NCBI RefSeq assembly: GCF_038025025.1
Contig: NW_027117341.1
Location: 930,001 to 994,000, forward strand
Origin: Phyllosticta citribraziliensis
Lineage: Eukaryota
DNA: 64,000 bases
Direction of reading: 5' to 3'
Below, piece after piece: positions 62,525 through 64,000 of the stretch; the stretch's first letter is position 1, and every line of letters begins with the position of its first letter. A program made the position numbers and the translations under genes. Under the pieces are notes generated by a model. That model saw only the letters and a list, made by a program, of their open reading frames with translations. It did no database searches and was not told where the DNA came from.

Positions 62525-63979
62525 CTAGAGACCACACATTCCCAGAATTATCTGAACCGTGGCTTCCTCGTTGTTGATGTCTCCAACGTACCCAATCCAT
62601 CCTTGTCCAATCTTTGTCCATGCAGCTGGCGTTTCGGTACGTTGTGAGTCCCAGCCATCAAAGGGCTCATAGAGCCTGGCTTCGTGCGCTACGTTCTTCA
62701 GGTGCAGTGCCTTTTGATTGGACAATGCCGGAAGGCGTGCTGGTGAGGGTACTTTCGCTGCTGCAATCTGGTTGATGCGGGCAGTCAGTCGTTGATAAGA
62801 GCCAGATTCCCAGGGAAGCTCGAAGTGCGTGCGGAAGAAGGCGGTGAGCTCTGGTGGACTTATGAAGCTGCTGAATATGCAGCAAAAGATAACAGTGCCG
62901 CCGCTCGATACGTATTCTTTTAGCTTTGACAAAAGCGCCTGGTGCTTGCGTTTGTTGGCAACTTCGGGATCGACGACGAGGATCTTGTCGGGGCGATGAG
63001 CGCCCAAGTAGTCCAAGGCAGACCTGGCATCGGTTTCTTGTTGAACTTGTGCATAGTCTTCGAGGGTATTCCAAAAGCCCGCGTACATCTCATTGAACAA
63101 AGGAACTTCTTCAAGGCACAGGACGAAGATCTTCGCTTGTCGGTTGGTCTCTCTGATTCCCTTTTCACGCTTGTCCAGTGCTTCATTCGCGAGTGAGTCG
63201 GCTTCCTGATTTTGTTCCCGTGGCACATGCCAAAACTGCACCAAGACATCCCCATCTTCGAGTTCTTTGATGTCATTGTCCAACGTCTCGAACAGGTCCC
63301 GGTTGGCGACTGGAGCGCCCCTTGAATTCTTCCACTGGTTTCTCTTCCATTTGGAGATCCACTCGGCCGCGCCACGAACAAGGTATTCAGAATCTGCCTT
63401 TATAACAATCTGCTTCAGACCCGGTACCTTTCCCTTGGGCATCAACATCCGCGGTAACATCAGGCGCTTGGCTGCTTCCAATGCCATGATCCTGCCGGTA
63501 AGTTCAGCGCGCTGGCTAGTAGGAGTGACGCGATCTGCAGGCAAAACTTTTGCTCTGTTGTAGGATGACGACGGAGAGAAGTAAATGGAACAAGCGGCCA
63601 AAGAATTGGGCTGGCCATTCCTTCGACAGCCGCCATCGACGGCGATGAGGACTGAGCCGCTGTGAGCTGCCACAGCACCGGAGCTTCCCTGGGCTTCGTG
63701 ACAGGGTGCTCTAATGTACATGTAGGTTTCTCCGTCTTGGCCAGCTTCGTATCTTTTGAGGGCTCCTGGGTTGTCAAAGACGGCATTTCCGGGAAAGAGG
63801 CGACTCTGGCGAGACGTGCAGAAGTCGTCGTTCAGAATGTGATGTGAAGGTTTGCTCATGGTCTGTGTGTCCAACACAGGTGGTGTTGCATGCGAGACCT
63901 TATTAGAGTGGAACGACTTCCCTTCAGAATGTGTTGTGCCTCTAAGAGTGTTGCGCGCGAGCAGTCGCGCTGCTTGCAT
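62525..63979 (-). CDS. Intronless RNase H (type I) domain protein fused to an uncharacterised C-terminal alpha/beta domain; start uncertain (63979, 63859 or beyond the window)
   Basis: Intact RNase H carboxylates in IAVDGGCRRNG, TSQRAEL, IKADSEY, WKRNQWKNSRG..VANRDLF and FWHVPREQNQEADSLA, followed by a second domain of ~200 aa. Confidence 0.85.
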   Translation of the reverse strand: MQAARLLARNTLRGTTHSEGKSFHSNKVSHATPPVLDTQTMSKPSHHILNDDFCTSRQSRLFPGNAVFDNPGALKRYEAGQDGETYMYIRAPCHEAQGSSGAVAAHSGSVLIAVDGGCRRNGQPNSLAACSIYFSPSSSYNRAKVLPADRVTPTSQRAELTGRIMALEAAKRLMLPRMLMPKGKVPGLKQIVIKADSEYLVRGAAEWISKWKRNQWKNSRGAPVANRDLFETLDNDIKELEDGDVLVQFWHVPREQNQEADSLANEALDKREKGIRETNRQAKIFVLCLEEVPLFNEMYAGFWNTLEDYAQVQQETDARSALDYLGAHRPDKILVVDPEVANKRKHQALLSKLKEYVSSGGTVIFCCIFSSFISPPELTAFFRTHFELPWESGSYQRLTARINQIAAAKVPSPARLPALSNQKALHLKNVAHEARLYEPFDGWDSQRTETPAAWTKIGQGWIGYVGDINNEEATVQIILGMCGL

Positions 63980-64000
63980 TTCATGGTGTTCGGCGCTTGC

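Noticed and set aside
62525..63979. RNase H as a retrotransposon remnant
   Set aside because: No RT, integrase, gag, LTR or RIP-like AT-rich decay nearby within the window, and the ORF is intact.

Overview
Eukaryotic DNA from a filamentous ascomycete (Pezizomycotina; a Dothideomycete is plausible but is my inference). It is GC-rich, with short GT-AG introns carrying CTRAC/CTAAC branch points and many microsatellites. About 19 protein-coding genes are supportable: a FlbD-like Myb factor behind an ~11 kb gene-poor region, MTC6, L-2-hydroxyglutarate dehydrogenase, UPF2, THI80, a STYX-like phosphatase, four hypothetical proteins, a CST26-like acyltransferase, a 54-aa zinc-finger microprotein absent from the ORF track, a copper amine oxidase, CDS1, Rad26/ATRIP, an RNF126-like RING-H2 ligase, FIS1, SPC24 and an intronless RNase H fused to an uncharacterised alpha/beta domain. 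I saw no rRNA, tRNA, CRISPR array or intact transposon. The most interesting observations are the RNase H fusion with possible dual start codons and an overlapping uORF, the microprotein gene with introns in both UTRs, an intron-retention switch of the UPF2 C-terminus, a CX5K pseudophosphatase and a GC-AG intron in ATRIP. Exon coordinates were read by eye and family calls rest on remembered motifs, not database searches.
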